This document shows, piece after piece, positions 51,378-64,000 of a DNA stretch of 64,000 nt. This stretch comes from Chlorokybus atmophyticus (lineage: Eukaryota > Plantae > Mesostigma and Chlorokybus algae). The stretch is from the NCBI GenBank assembly GCA_009103225.1, contig RHPI01000003.1:466900-530899 (forward strand), in the 5' to 3' direction. The translations under genes were made by a program, and so were the position numbers. The notes under the pieces were generated by a model. The model saw nothing but the letters and a program-made list of their open reading frames with translations. It made no database searches and was not told where the DNA came from. Each line of letters opens with the position of its first letter. The stretch's first letter is position 1.

Positions 51378-53060
51378 ATGGAAGAAGAACAGCCAGGTTC
51401 AAGTGTGCCCAGCCTTACCCACATGTCGACACAAGGGCAGAGCGCACAACCGCAGGGGTAAGTAAGGCAATCGACAGCTGTGACCTGCCTTGCATGTCGA
51501 TGCTGCATGCAGGTTTATTGTCCATGTTGCGTTTTAGCCAGCCTTATAGTGTGCACGTTTCACCAAAGCTTGAGCTGAACTTAGCAGGTCTATTACAATC
51601 CAGCCGGTAGACCAAGGCGGCCATGAGGCGGTACAGCCGCATCCAGGGGCCACCTCTCCAGGCGAGGTGGCCCCTGAGCCAGAAGTCACTCAACCGGTAG
51701 ACCCAGGCGGCCATGTGGCGGTGCAGCCGCATCCAGGGACCTCTTTAGGTGCGGTGGCGTCTCAGCCAGAAGTCACTCAAGCGACTACCACTGCTGAGTT
51801 GGAAGGGTTGATTTCGGGGGCATGTTACCTTCCCGACAATATGAGGATTTGTTTGCTGGCTGCTGCCTGCGTCAATGCGCTCTACACGTCCCAACGTGGT
51901 TGGAGCAATGTTGCTATTCTCATTGTGCTCTATGACCTGTACAAGACCCTTCGCTACTTGCACACCTTCAACCGGAATATTAACACCAGAGTGCAAGCAG
52001 GTCAGCCTGGTAGCCAATAATTGGAGATGTACATGGTTTCATTACTGCAGACAATTTACCTTCGTGTTCCTCGTGTGGATTGCAGTGGTACTGGCGGCTG
52101 GAAACATTATGATACAGCACAATGTCGCTTTGAATCCCGACGTCATTGACATATGTATGTTTACTTGTGCATGATTGCATACGCAAATGCCTTATGGTGC
52201 GTACCTCTTGTTTGTTCTTTACTCCAACACAAGACTGTGCTGACTGTCCAACCATTGCAGCGCCGCTTCAGGGCTGGCCGGAAGCCTTGTTGGAAATGCT
52301 ACTGAACGACCTGGTGTTGGTGGTGTGCGCTTTGATTCAAGCCTTACCTGCAGCCTTGGCGTTCTATGTGTTTGAGAAGATTCTGCAGCTTCTGTTAAAG
52401 CAGTTCTTCCGCCTCCAAACTCTCGACGACTTTACAAGGCTCATTGTGCTTGCGGAAACGCTCCTCTTTTACCACTTCGTCTCAGGCCTGGCCAGTCCTG
52501 TACTTGCTGTAGTCCTGTGGCTTGCTGGATGTATCATCTGGTGGGGAAAATGCCTGTGGGCGCAACACGCGTTAATCATAAATGTAGACTGGAGCAAGTT
52601 CATATCTGAGCGTGCTCCAGTCTACATTTATGGACAACGCGGAGCCACCGCCGCAGACTCTGGCCACATCTACGTGTGGATTCCCGGCCCCAACTTTTTG
52701 GCTGAGATTACAAAAGACAGAACACAGTCATCTGGTCTGTTTGCTGTAGTTGTGCCCGCACCTACCCATCGCAACCCAAGGACAGGCCCATGGGCTTATA
52801 TACCTTTCTTCAACTACGGAGTGGTTGGTGTGACGTCCTTGAATCTTACTGAGTTGAACGCCGAGTATGCAGCGCTTTTGAACAGCATAGGTACAGCCTA
52901 TTCTGCAAGCAACAACTCTTGCCAGGAGTTCGCATTTGAGTTCGCTACGAGGGTGTGCCAAGGTACACTATCTCTGTCAGTAGGCATGACGAATTTGAAG
53001 ACGCTTGTGCTTTTGGTCGGTACACCACTGTTTCTTACAACTTTTATGGGATGTTTCTAA
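51378..53060 (+). CDS. Multi-pass membrane protein with a C-terminal permuted papain-like (PPPDE/DUF862-like) domain and an N-terminal 30-aa tandem repeat
   Basis: MEEEQPGSS...|gtaagt exon; 90-bp tandem repeat at 51601-51780; last exon joins in phase (DI|SPLQGW); GHIYVWI and YSASNNSCQEFAFEF give a His-before-Cys pair. One internal splice junction is unresolved. Confidence 0.55.
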
Positions 53061-53070
53061 CCACGCACAT

Positions 53071-55560
53071 TCATCCGGAATGGGCACAACGGCTATTGAG
53101 CCTGAAATGACATCCGCCAAAGCTGGCACTGGACATGTACCCTAGTAGTGTTAAGGACATCATGCACGAGATCATGTCCACGGTGTACATCATTGACAGG
53201 TCGACTGGCTTGACGGGGTTCTTGTTGCTGGCGTGTAGTGGCTGTACATAGTATAGTGTAGCATGTTGTAGGTGGTTGGTGTGGCGTAGCGTGTCTCAGC
53301 AATTTACGCTGCTCTTGTATAGGTGCTGGATAATAGACACGGCAAATTGATGTGTAGTGCCTGTACATTACAGTGGGTTGTGCACAATGCACAGTACTGA
53401 ACACTACTTGGTGGTGTTTCGTCTCGAGCAATCCTTGCATGTTTAGGTGAACAACAACAGACAATTATGACTATGCACTGGGCTACCTTGTAGTTGCAGA
53501 ACGCACCTGTGCTTCGACTGTCACTGGATGTAGAGACATGCACATCTTATCAGCACTCCATCTTTTGTACACTCCTAGGCGTGCGCGACTCGACACATGG
53601 TTATGCTGCTGGGCATAGCTTTGACTATCATGGCATTATTCTCCACACCCAAAGGCATGCCAGTACGTGCAGGCGCACATGTGATGTGCGCCTGCATGAC
53701 GATTGTCAACACGAGTGCGAACAGTTACCATAGTTTCCCTGCTGCTTGGCACCGAGGTTAATTGTGCACGTGAGCAACTATTGTGAATCGTTGTGTTGCT
53801 CATGCATACGCAGTTGGTTGTCACTGTGGTTGTTAGTTTCAGCACAGGCAAGCTGCTTTTGATCAGGGCAACCTGCAGGAGAGAAGGTTGGTTGCCATGG
53901 ATCGGTGCAAACGTGCTACATGCAACCTGGAACGTGGGCACTGAGTGTATCAACAATGGCAACCACAATTATAACAAATGTTGACAAGATCTCTTTCATA
54001 GACATGAAGATGCTTATTAAGCACAGAGCATGATGCTCACAAGCACAGAGTCAAACTGTCACGCTGGTGCGCATCAGCAACCACCCTATCTGTGTCTGCT
54101 ACTTCCAACTACCATACCAACTTTCGCATGCACAGAAGTCCATGCCAGGGCGGAGAAACGGTGACTATAATCATGACAACTGCAACCGCGTCGAGTTGTG
54201 GTGTAGCCAACGGTTTCCGTATACACAACGCACGAACACGCAGTCCCACCTCAGGTGCTGCACTCAACAGCTAGGCACCCAAGGGAGGGTGCTCGGTTTA
54301 AATCCCGAAACTTGATAAGCACTCGATAAACTGCACACGAGCAAAGATGAGATCTAACCTTAACACACATACTTGCAAGCACATATGCATGCTGCACGTG
54401 CACAGCGGCAACGTTCGACGAGCAAGTAGGCATGCATGTCAACTTGTGATAAGATGCTCCCTTTGACCTCGCTCCATTTCGTTGAGGTGGTAGAGGGTGT
54501 GGAGGAAGGTGAGGGCCACCTCCAGAAGGCACTGGAAGTCGACATACTGCATGGAGTTGAAAACTGCAAAAGTCGTCACGTTGCTCCGTGACAATATTAA
54601 GACCCGCGCTACCGTGCGCTCGCCATAGTAGCGCCTGATGACCGCAGCAGCTTGCGGCGCCCGGCTTGTATGCATTGTACAATATTGTTGAAGATTTCAC
54701 GTTATGGGTAATCAGCACAGCTGACAACTGCTGCAAATGACCATACAGATGCACCACAATGCCTGCGCCCCGAGCATCCTCCCCGCCGGACATGCAGCTT
54801 TCTGTGTGTGTGCGTGCAGAAGCAAGTCCTATTTCTGCGTGTGCATGTGGGCACGCATGCGCATTGATGTAAAGTGTGTTATGGGAAGCATGCACTTGCA
54901 CGTACATGCATCTTGTGCACAGCTTGGAAGCTGATGGTGAGTTAGTCAGTGACAAGTGAACGCCTCCAATCGCTGCCAGTACATGCGCTCAGACCGTCGG
55001 GCATTCGTGCTGTCTGCGCGCACAAATGGCAGCTTGCAACGTACACAGCTGCCTCACATGCATGCAAAGCAGGGGGCACATTCGTGTGGAACAGCCTCCC
55101 ATCACCTATAGCGACCGTGCTGTAGTAATGACATGGCTGAATGCAGAGCCATGATGGACACAACGAGTGACATAACCCTGAACCCAGGGTGCTCACCATG
55201 AAGAGCGCGTGGAGCCCTGCGTGTGGCACGCAGTGCGTGTGGCACGCATCTTGCTGTTGTCGAGTGTACACTGCAGAGATTGCGGGCAGGTTGCTCACGA
55301 GTAGTAAGCCATGCCAAGCACTTGTAGTGCACACCATACGTATGCCCTTGCGCATGCTGTGCTTGCCCATGGCGTAACTGGTGCTGTCTCAGTAAAACTG
55401 CTCAGTAGCTGCCCCATCATCTTGTTGGCAAGGAGGTATGGGAGGAGAGGAAGTGAGTGCACCTGGTACCCGTAGGCAAAGATTGAAACGGGAACTCATG
55501 CACTGTGAGGTCTGGGAGCCCGCATCTACGCTCAACAACATACCAGAAGGCATGGCTGGA
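53071..55560 (-). CDS. Probable multi-exon gene of unknown product (partial model)
   Basis: GC3-rich exon-like segments AAAVIRRYYGERTVARVLILSRSNVTTFAVFNSMQYVDFQCLLEVALTFLHTLYHLNEMER (~54.46-54.66 kb) and NKNPVKPVDLSMMYTVDMISCMMSLTLLGYM...* (ends 53071), with splice-like flanks; the full path was not solved. Confidence 0.35.
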
Positions 55561-56046
55561 GGTGACAGGAGAGAATGTGTGTACGATGGGAAGCAGTCAA
55601 CCAGTGTTTCTTGTGCCTTTATAATAAGCCAGGTCCATGTTCAGATTGCACGCGCGCCAAGTGCGTGCCAACAGGCAGGTCACTTGGACTCAAACTCAAC
55701 AGTCAGACTTTTGTCTAGTGTTATGCTACTCAGGCTTGCCCAATCAAGTTGGCACTGGCCACAGCTACGCTGGCACATATCGCATTCACAACACTCTCAG
55801 CTACCATAGGAGATGCAATGATCAACAATGCAACTGAGCAGTCAGCCAGTCTGTGTAAAGCACAGCATGTAAGCATCCAGCTGCAGCCGAGTAACTTTCA
55901 GACAGGCAGGCACTGACACAATATATCAGCATCTATACGACAGCCTAAGCCTAGCACACAATAAGTGTGCGCTTTAACAATGTGCGTCACTACCATTACA
56001 AAACATAAGTGATACAGTGCAACCACTCCCTTGTTGAAGGTGTGTT

Positions 56047-57093
56047 CTATGTCAAGTTGCGGATGACGAAGTCGGCATACAGCCCCTGGGAGCGCTTGAT
56101 GATTTCCCAACTCTTTGGAGCAGGTAAGAAGTCCTTGCAGATGACGGTCTTGTTCTCATTCTTCTTGTAGTCCTCAAAGAAGCGCTTGATCTCTTTCAAC
56201 CTGTGGGGTGGGAGCTCAGAGATGTCGTTGAAGTGGGAGAACTCCGGGTCGTCGGCGCACACCGCGATGATCTTGTCATCAATCTCGCCCTGGTCGATCA
56301 TAGGCATCACGCCGATGGCCTTTGCACGAAGGTAGCAGTTTGGCATCGCGGGCTCCTGCAAATGCAATTGGTTGTCACATGTTCAGCTTATACACTGGTA
56401 TTCTGGCTCAGTTCAAGTGATTGTGTCTGCATGTGTTTGCATGTGTGTCTATAAGTGTTACCTGCATGAGCACAAGGATGTCAACGGGGTCGTTGTCATC
56501 TCCAAGCGTGCGAGGAATGAAGCCGTAGTTGTGCGGATACACAACAGAGGAGTACAGCACACGGTCAACCTGTGCAACATTGTATGTACCACGCAAGTTA
56601 ACTACAAGTCAAAGCGCGTGCGCTGCTACAGTAAACAACAAATTGAAGAAAAAGCATGCACTCACCATCATCATGCCTGTCTTCTTATCCAGCTCGTATT
56701 TGACCTTGCTGCCCTTGGATATCTCAATCACAGCATTGACGATCTTCGGCGCATCTCCGCCAATCTCCAGGTCGTGCCACGGATGGCCGAAGCCTCGGTT
56801 CATCATCTGAGAGAAAGTGACTGCATACACAAGTAGCAATCAGCACAGGCGGTAGGTACAAGACACAACCAATGAGTGAGTAGATGAGCACGTGAAGACA
56901 ATAGCGTATCATAGCAAAGCTAAGCATAGTACAGCACAGCATACGTACTTTGTCGTTGCGGAGGCTTGTGCTGCTTGGCTGGTTTGGCAGCAGGAGCAGC
57001 AGAGTCCAGCTGCTCCTTCTTGGGGGGCAGCTGCTGCTGCTGCTGCTGCTCGTGCTTGACAACTTGGGTCTCTGCAATGCTGAGCTCCGACAT
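56047..57093 (-). CDS. PPA: Soluble inorganic pyrophosphatase, family I, plant cytosolic type
   Basis: [10 protein letters not shown]...QRQ|[21 protein letters not shown]...[16 protein letters not shown]|[36 protein letters not shown]|[32 protein letters not shown]...[12 protein letters not shown]...; phases are consistent. The start could lie further upstream. Confidence 0.95.
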
Positions 57094-58735
57094 CTTGTCT
57101 GCCAATTTCAGCTCTGCTTGCAACTCCGCTGGCTTCGTCTTTGGCTGCTGCTTCCGCTGCTGCTGCTGTCTGGTGAGGTGACGCTGAAGCTGCTCAGCAA
57201 GCAAGCAGAGCAGCAACACAACTGCTGCACTGGTGGCAACAGCAATGGTCCGCTGTAGGCTCTGGCTTGGCGCCGCCTTCCAGATCTTTGCACAGCAACT
57301 CAACCTACAGCAAAGACAACGCATTCAGCAGTCTGCAAGAGAATGAACCACTAGTCAAGGCACATGCTTATGCTAGCTACACCAACACTGAAGTTGGAGA
57401 GCTGAGCAGTGATCGGTCAAGTAGCATAAGCAATGCTGCGAGCTGAAGTGCACGCAACAAGCACTGCAACATGGGCTGCTTGCTAGCACTGCAACATGCC
57501 CATGGCAGGCAGTCACCTCAGTCAACACATTGTGGCTCCAGCTCACAAGTTCAATTGCAAAGTATGCTTTTCTTACCTCTCACCAGCAGCAAGCTTCAGC
57601 AGGCGGCAACACCACTTCGCGCTCACGACAATCAAACCACAGCCACACTACCGCCGATGACTGCAGCAGCGTTTTATGCCATTCCACTGCTGCAGAGTTT
57701 TGGTTTGGCTTCAATCAGAATTCCGAATGAAGCCAAACCCTCAGCTGATCCTTGGTTACAGTTTCCTGGACAGTTTGCCGCCGTATGGACAAAGGGTTAA
57801 GCGTCTTAACCATGAATGTACGGATTGACTGCTTCTCCTAGAATTCACTAACTGGCGAGTTAGCGAGTTCTGTAGCGGAATGTGTGTGCTGCAGTTTTCC
57901 CTGCCGCGGAATGGTCAATCTGCGATGCTGCAATTACATCATGTCACGTGCGGCGTACGACTTTGATGGACCTTACAGCGTGGACAGATGACTGTTTTAC
58001 CAGCGTTTGCACCTGTTACATCCAACTGTGCTTCTTGTCAAACTACGGTGTTATTGCCAACTACGGCCTTATTGGTGACCATTTGAGTCATGACTCATGA
58101 ACGCAGCAGAGAATTCTTGTTTTACTAGAGTGTTAGCATCTCACACTTTTCATGTGCATAAGTAAGTTGTGGTATGGGTGATGTGTATGCACTCAAATTC
58201 ATTCACGAGAGAAGTACAACGTGCATAGATCTTTATGTTATGCTTATACTTTCTCATTGCTTTAGTCCGCGCATGACATGCTTACCACGAATAAGCGGAG
58301 GCATCTTGTCACTACACGCATGTGTGGCTTTTGACAAAGTGACGGTTTATAAAATACATTATTGCTATACAGTGCCATCTGTCATTGCAACAAGGGATTT
58401 TATAGTAAAGTTTAAACATGTAATAGTTTAAGACATATATGTTGATTAAAAGTTGAGCATTTTTATATATGACGGTTGATTACTACATTAAAAGGTTCAT
58501 GCCATTTGATGACAATCGGTCATTATAGCGGTATGTGATTTACAATAAACGGAATCAATACATGTTACTGTTTGGATAACGCTCCGTATTAGCAACAATT
58601 ATCTTTACCCACCCACCCCCTTGTACATAAACTCCTCACCTTGTATCATGAGGGGGCTTGTCTACCCAGAGGGGGGAACTTCTATTAAAGCGCGCTTTTT
58701 ATCGGACTACATTTCATGTTGCCATAACCCTATTT

Positions 58736-58976
58736 AGGTCCATAGCTACCGGGCAAAATAACTGTACATGACGCGCATAGGGGACTTATAAACGGTTGGA
58801 GGGGTTGCAGGGAAAGACTGCGTATAAGAGTTTACACCAGACCACCACCTGTGTGTTAGGTCCATAGCTACCGGGCAAAATAACTGTACATGACGCGCAT
58901 AGGGGAGTTATAAACGGTTGGAGGGGTGCAGGGAAAGACTGCGTATAAGAGTTTACACCAGACCACCACCCGTGTT
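58736..58976. repeat. Tandem duplication, ~122-bp period, 2 copies
   Basis: aggtccatagctaccgggcaaaataactg...accaccacc occurs at 58736 and 58858. Confidence 0.93.
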
Positions 58977-59689
58977 GAATTTGCCGACGGAGATTGTCAC
59001 AGGGGGTCGTTGCTATTAGAGTAAATACAATAATAACCCATGAGTGCAGTTCACAACACACCAACATATATTTCAGCGTCGTATAGCAACGACGAGTAGC
59101 AAGCAGTTTTACACAACCACGAAGTGGTCAACTTGAATATGGCATTATGCTCAATGTTTTTGGATGTGCATACTACTACTCAATTCCCCTCCCAAAGGTG
59201 ACACACAGTTCTTGCAAAGGCGTTGCCATTTGCACACCTGTGTACAACCTTTGCCGTCACAAAGTGGGTGGCCATAATCATTCGCTCACACATCTGTCCT
59301 GCGCAGGACATTGAAACATGGCAGCAAAGTGGACAACTGTGCACCTTACTCTTGCCATAGCACACTTCATACACCACATTATGTGTATAACGCCATCACA
59401 AGCACAAACCTGCAAATGTCCCTGTGCATGTGACACCTAGCGTCCAACAGAGCATTACGACGCACATGTCATAGCAGCCCCACATCCAGCTTTGACCCAA
59501 ATCTTCGGAATTGATAACATGTACTGGCATCAAGACGCCGACAACATTATCTATGGAAGCTAACCCTAAGCTACAATATGGTACATATGTGTCAATAAGA
59601 GCTATTAGCGCAGTATTGCTACGTACCACACAGGCTTGCCAGCTTCCAGGTATGGAAGACAACTGGCCAGCAAGCTGTCAGCCGACAGC

Positions 59690-60238
59690 TTAGCGGAAGC
59701 ACCCTGTAACGTTGCGCACCATGCGCTTCATGTAGAAGACCGGGTTGTTGCGGTTCATGCGGTTGCGAGCGTTGCGGCCTGGATGAAGCGGCGCGGTGGC
59801 GTGATTCTTGGCCCGCCGCATGTCCATCTCCACCTGGTGGACTGGGTTGTGTCGGTTGATCTCATTCTTCACGCCCTGAGGAGCGACACAGTGTTAGGTT
59901 CAGCATAACACAGCATGACACAACTAAGACAATGAGGCAAAGCAGCAACCGTGCTCATGTAAGCTTGAATACTTTGCGAACTTGCATGGGCAGCAAACCA
60001 GTCACTGATCGCTTGAGCATCACCCAAAACGGTCGCTGAGTTTCGGCTACAGCCGCAAGAAAACTGCTTGCAAAGTTGCTGCATGCTTGTCACATCACAG
60101 CGCCCTTAGCATGCAAGCACCACCGTCTACCCTCCTATCCAAAGCATGCAAGGTACTTACAGCTGCGGGGTGCGTGGCGTTGAAAACGTTCCGGTCTGCT
60201 CTTCTCATTTTGTTCATCATGCCGCCGAAACCTCCCAT
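59690..60238 (-). CDS. 87-aa basic Asn/Arg/Met-rich small protein, 2 coding exons
   Basis: Exon 60238-60161 (gtaagt donor) plus exon 59875-59690 (ctaac branch point, cag acceptor), phase 0: MGGFGGMMNKMRRADRNVFNATHPAA|GVKNEINRHNPVHQVEMDMRRAKNHATAPLHPGRNARNRMNRNNPVFYMKRMVRNVTGCFR*; GC3-rich codons. Confidence 0.7.
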
Positions 60239-60313
60239 ACTTGCTCGCTTTAACCTGAGAAGTGTTGCAGGTTAGCAGACAAGCATGCACAAGCACACGC
60301 ACAGACACACAGC

Positions 60314-60316
<3 letters not shown>

Positions 60317-60397
<81 letters not shown>
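60317..60397. repeat. Compound (AC)n(AG)n microsatellite in a putative 5'-UTR intron
   Basis: Directly visible; a gtaagt donor lies on the minus strand near 60407. Confidence 0.9.
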
Positions 60398-60400
<3 letters not shown>

Positions 60401-61057
60401 TCCACTTACAGCTCAAAAGCCCAAAATAGCAGCAACCTTCACCTTCAGCAACCCTCTGTGCGCTCCCTAACCCTTACGTCAACCTCTGCCTTGCTTCTCT
60501 CACCAACCACCTAATACCAGCGCCTCAACCTTCACAAGTACCCCGACAAAGACACCCGAGGCAATTGCAATCAGCAACCTATATGCATGCGCAGCACAGT
60601 GCGCACTGTTGCCTTGCGCAATCTCTCAGTTCCCTGTTGCTGTGGCTCTGTTTGAATATTTGATTGCGTATACGTGTCCATTCAGCCTCTGCGCAGGCGG
60701 ATGCCCGGGCGCGAAGATTTGCCCAAGTGGCGCAGCGCGCGTAGCGGTAAAAAGTTGGATTTCGCGATCAACGGCGAATCGGCGATTTCGCATGTTGCCC
60801 AAAACCACATGCATGGTGCTACTGCTGTCACCTCACTGAAGACTCATCGGTGCCGTTGTTGTGCGATTTGCGCACAGAGCTAGTGCGACTGCGCACAAGG
60901 GGTAGGGTTTTGGCGGGAAATGCGACTGTGTGTGTGGCAATGTTACCGGTGTGGGCAGTGTGCTCGTCGGCGGTGTCAGCGACGGCGGCGACGGTTCAGG
61001 TGGAGGTGGAGGTGGACGTGGACGTGGAGGTGGAAGTGGAATTTGGGAGGAGTCGTC

Positions 61058-63202
61058 ATGGCTGACATAGAGTCGCCGTTGTTGGCGGAGCGTGCCGTCT
61101 TGGCGGCGCTGCCGTCCACTGCTGCTGGGCCGTCTGGGTAAGAGCTGGTTGTTGATGATGTAAGGTGTGTAAGCAAAACAGCTTACCAATTTCCTGCGAG
61201 CAACACAGCGGACATGGTCTGCATCGTTTGTGCCGGGACAGTAAAAGAATTACATATCAACGACACGCTCAAGAATCACCCAGAACACGACTGTGCACAA
61301 TTCAGTGTTTGCACAATTCACGTTTACATGAACAGTCGTCAGCCACAGCACAACGATTTGGTTGAGGAGTCTCGCAATGAGGTTGTGCATTATGCACAAG
61401 CAGTCGGTATGTATACATACAACTTCGTGAACTTGATTCGCTGCTTGCCTGTCGCACGAGCATAACCACACCACTCGGCTGGCATTGTTTGTCAGTATGC
61501 CACAAGCAGTTGAAATTGTGTACTTACTACCAGTAGATGCCTTGGACTGCACAACCAGTTTCAACAGTTGCAGAATGCATTGTCGTTTGTCGCTTGCAGT
61601 GTGAGCAGTTTACATTGTGGCCGTTTGGTCCAGTGTGCAGGAGACGCAATCTGAATATTGTGATTGCTCGACATCCTTTTCCCATTCTCATTACACAATG
61701 AGAATGGGAAAACATCGCATTGCATGTATGATGTTTATAACTTGAAGAGATTAATTGGAACCCTTTGTCATAGCAGTTATGTTACCAATGGCAAAGACAT
61801 CATGATAGTGGACCCGGTAAACAACAGCGAGCCTCGTTGGGTGCACGAAGAGTACGAGGAGCGCCATGCTGCCATGTATGGAGAGCAGCACCGGTCGAAC
61901 CGCACGGGATGGTTACGGTGAGTCTTATTATGCACATGTTGACGCAAACGTTGTACACTGATGGGCGCTGCTGCGATGCTGTACGCGTGGGGCTATTGTT
62001 ACAAGTGCTTATCAGATGTCACATTTGGCAGTGCAATGGTGTTGGGTGCAAACGATGGTGTTGTTAGCATCGGTTGCCTAGTTCTCGGAGTTGCAGCCGG
62101 CCGGCTTTCGAGAGAACAGGCATGACTCAACTTACATGCTTGTCTACACACCCCACACTGCCTTTTCACTCACACACGTCACGTCACAACTTGTGATCCT
62201 TTGCCAACGTCCGTAACCATCACAACTACACTTCTTTGACAGGTAGCGTTGGCGGGCGTTTCAGGGCTTGTTTCTGGAGCCTTGAGCATGGCAGTTGGTG
62301 AATTTGTCAGCGTGTCTTCGCAAGCGGATGTTGAGGAAGCGGACTTGGAGCAGGAAAAACGGCAGCATGCGCTTCATCCAGAGTAAGCTGAGACTCATTT
62401 ATATAGGAGATATACACGCAGCAGTCGTACACAGTTTCGTATTGCTATAGCCACGTCAGTCAGTGGACTCACTTGTTCTCATATGCACGTGTGTCGCAGC
62501 TTTGAGTTGGACGAGCTCACCAGAATCTACGAGGCTAGGGGGTTGCAGTACTCGCTTGCTCGCCAGGTGCGTTGCACCTCAGATGTTACCATTGTCGCAC
62601 GTCCATGTTGCACCGACAGTATGACGAAGTGCCCGCTGGTTGTTGTACTCCTATAACATCATCATCGATGAAGTTGGAGAGGATCATGCATCACCGTCAA
62701 TTGCCTGCTTTGCAGGTTGCTGAGGAGTTGTCAAAGCAGAACGCGCTCATTGCCCACATGCGTGACGAGCTGGGCATTACAGAAGTCGCTGCCGCAAAGC
62801 CGCTGCAGGTACAGTGTGTGCGTGCGTGCGTGTATGTATGTGTGTGTGTGCATGCGCGTTTGTGTTTGGATTTGTTTGATTGTGGTTTGGCCTGTTTTAC
62901 ATTCATCACTCCCACGCAATGTTGGTGCCAATCACTGACTCCACAGCCCACAGGCCGGGCTGGTGTCCGCCGTATCATTCTCTTTGGGCGCTGCAATGCC
63001 GGTGGCCGCAATGTACTTTGCACCTCAGGACATTCGGATAAAAGCGACGGCGGCAGTGATGGTGCTGACGCTGGCGTTCACTGGCAGCATCGGTGCGTAC
63101 TTGGGCGGTGCGAAGATTGTGAGAGGAGCAGTGCGCGTGCTGATTGGCGGGGTGCTTGCCATGTTGATTGTGGTTGGCATCAGATACTTGTACAATGGAT
63201 AG
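61058..63202 (+). CDS. VIT1/CCC1-family vacuolar iron/manganese transporter (nodulin-21/VTL-like)
   Basis: [10 protein letters not shown]|[22 protein letters not shown]...|[31 protein letters not shown]...|[15 protein letters not shown]...|[21 protein letters not shown]...KPLQ|[16 protein letters not shown]...[22 protein letters not shown]. Confidence 0.93.
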
Positions 63203-64000
63203 TTGTGTATTGTTGTGGGTAGTGGTGGTGGTATTGTTGCTGATGTACTGTGGTCTGCGCTCAATTGCAGTGACCATTGAGTACATTTTGTATAGCTCCA
63301 TTTCCTCTGCTGTGAATATCACAGTAACAAATAATGGGGCGGTTTGTGCAGTGCTGTGGTTGGAAGAAAATTATATTTGTCAAAGCTTCTTACTTTCTTG
63401 TGAGTATCACTGCTCCGGTTCTTGTGTGTATCACAACATTGCACTTGCGTTCTCATGTACTACTGGCTGGCTTTTGTGCATTTGAGCTCTCCAGATACCT
63501 GTCTTTGATGTACCAGCGTTGTCCCGAACTGCTTTGTTACATGCTTGGCTAGGCTACGCTGTTGCGGCTCTGCTGCTGCACAAAGCATTCGGTACAGGTG
63601 TTGCGGAGTGGTCGCGAGGACAGTGAGCCCAGCATAACATGTACACAAACTACTCTGAAGTAATACTGGCTGCCTGTCGGTGCCAGCAAGTACACGGTGT
63701 TGTGGTTGTAGCTGTATCTGTGTTGTGTTAGTTATCGCACTTGGCTACAGTTGTGCTCATCCAGTCCTTCAGATTGAGGATGCACTGGTGGGACTCAATG
63801 AATGGCAATTTGCGCATGCACAGGTAAACTAACCTATGTAACAGTGGTTGTAGTGGCTGGCACGACGGTTGTATTGCACAGGATGTCAACATTGTTCAAT
63901 GAGCACTGACAGCAACAGGTGTTGCACGTCAAGACACACAGAGCCACAAGTCAACTGCACCTAGCTGACAACTACCTGTTGTCTCGCCGCCTTTAACCTC

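Noticed and set aside
59690-59872. Initial idea that the small basic ORF is a ribosomal protein such as L39
   Set aside because: The spliced sequence lacks any ribosomal-protein motif I recognise.

Overview
Intron-rich eukaryotic nuclear DNA read in the standard genetic code. A green alga is the likely source; this is inferred from the plant-type ELP5, PPase and VIT proteins, CA/GT-rich GT-AG introns with CTAAC-like branch points, and a chlorophyte-style DIRS element. Four N-gaps lie at 7115-7318, 24351-24535, 30744-30853 and 44336-44591. Spliced genes reconstructed by hand: 5' half of exportin-1, a bacterial-type TPR-like protein, a VOC/glyoxalase-family protein, ELP5, a Ser/Pro-rich protein with three copies of a short motif, an OTU1/YOD1 deubiquitinase with an in-frame UIM exon, a membrane protein with a permuted papain-like (PPPDE-like) domain, a soluble pyrophosphatase, an 87-aa basic microprotein and a VIT1/CCC1 transporter. 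A decayed but end-complete DIRS-order retrotransposon with split direct repeats and an inverted tyrosine recombinase occupies 44793-50999. The most unusual feature is at ~16.5-33 kb, with an outlier at 41.3-43.9 kb: about ten copies, in both orientations, of an unrecognised gene family with tandem B-box-like Cys motifs, an acidic linker and a ~300-aa beta-propeller-like domain. The copies sit in repeated divergent, mirror-like cassettes and show birth-and-death decay and domain loss. Exon boundaries are manual predictions and no database searches were run.
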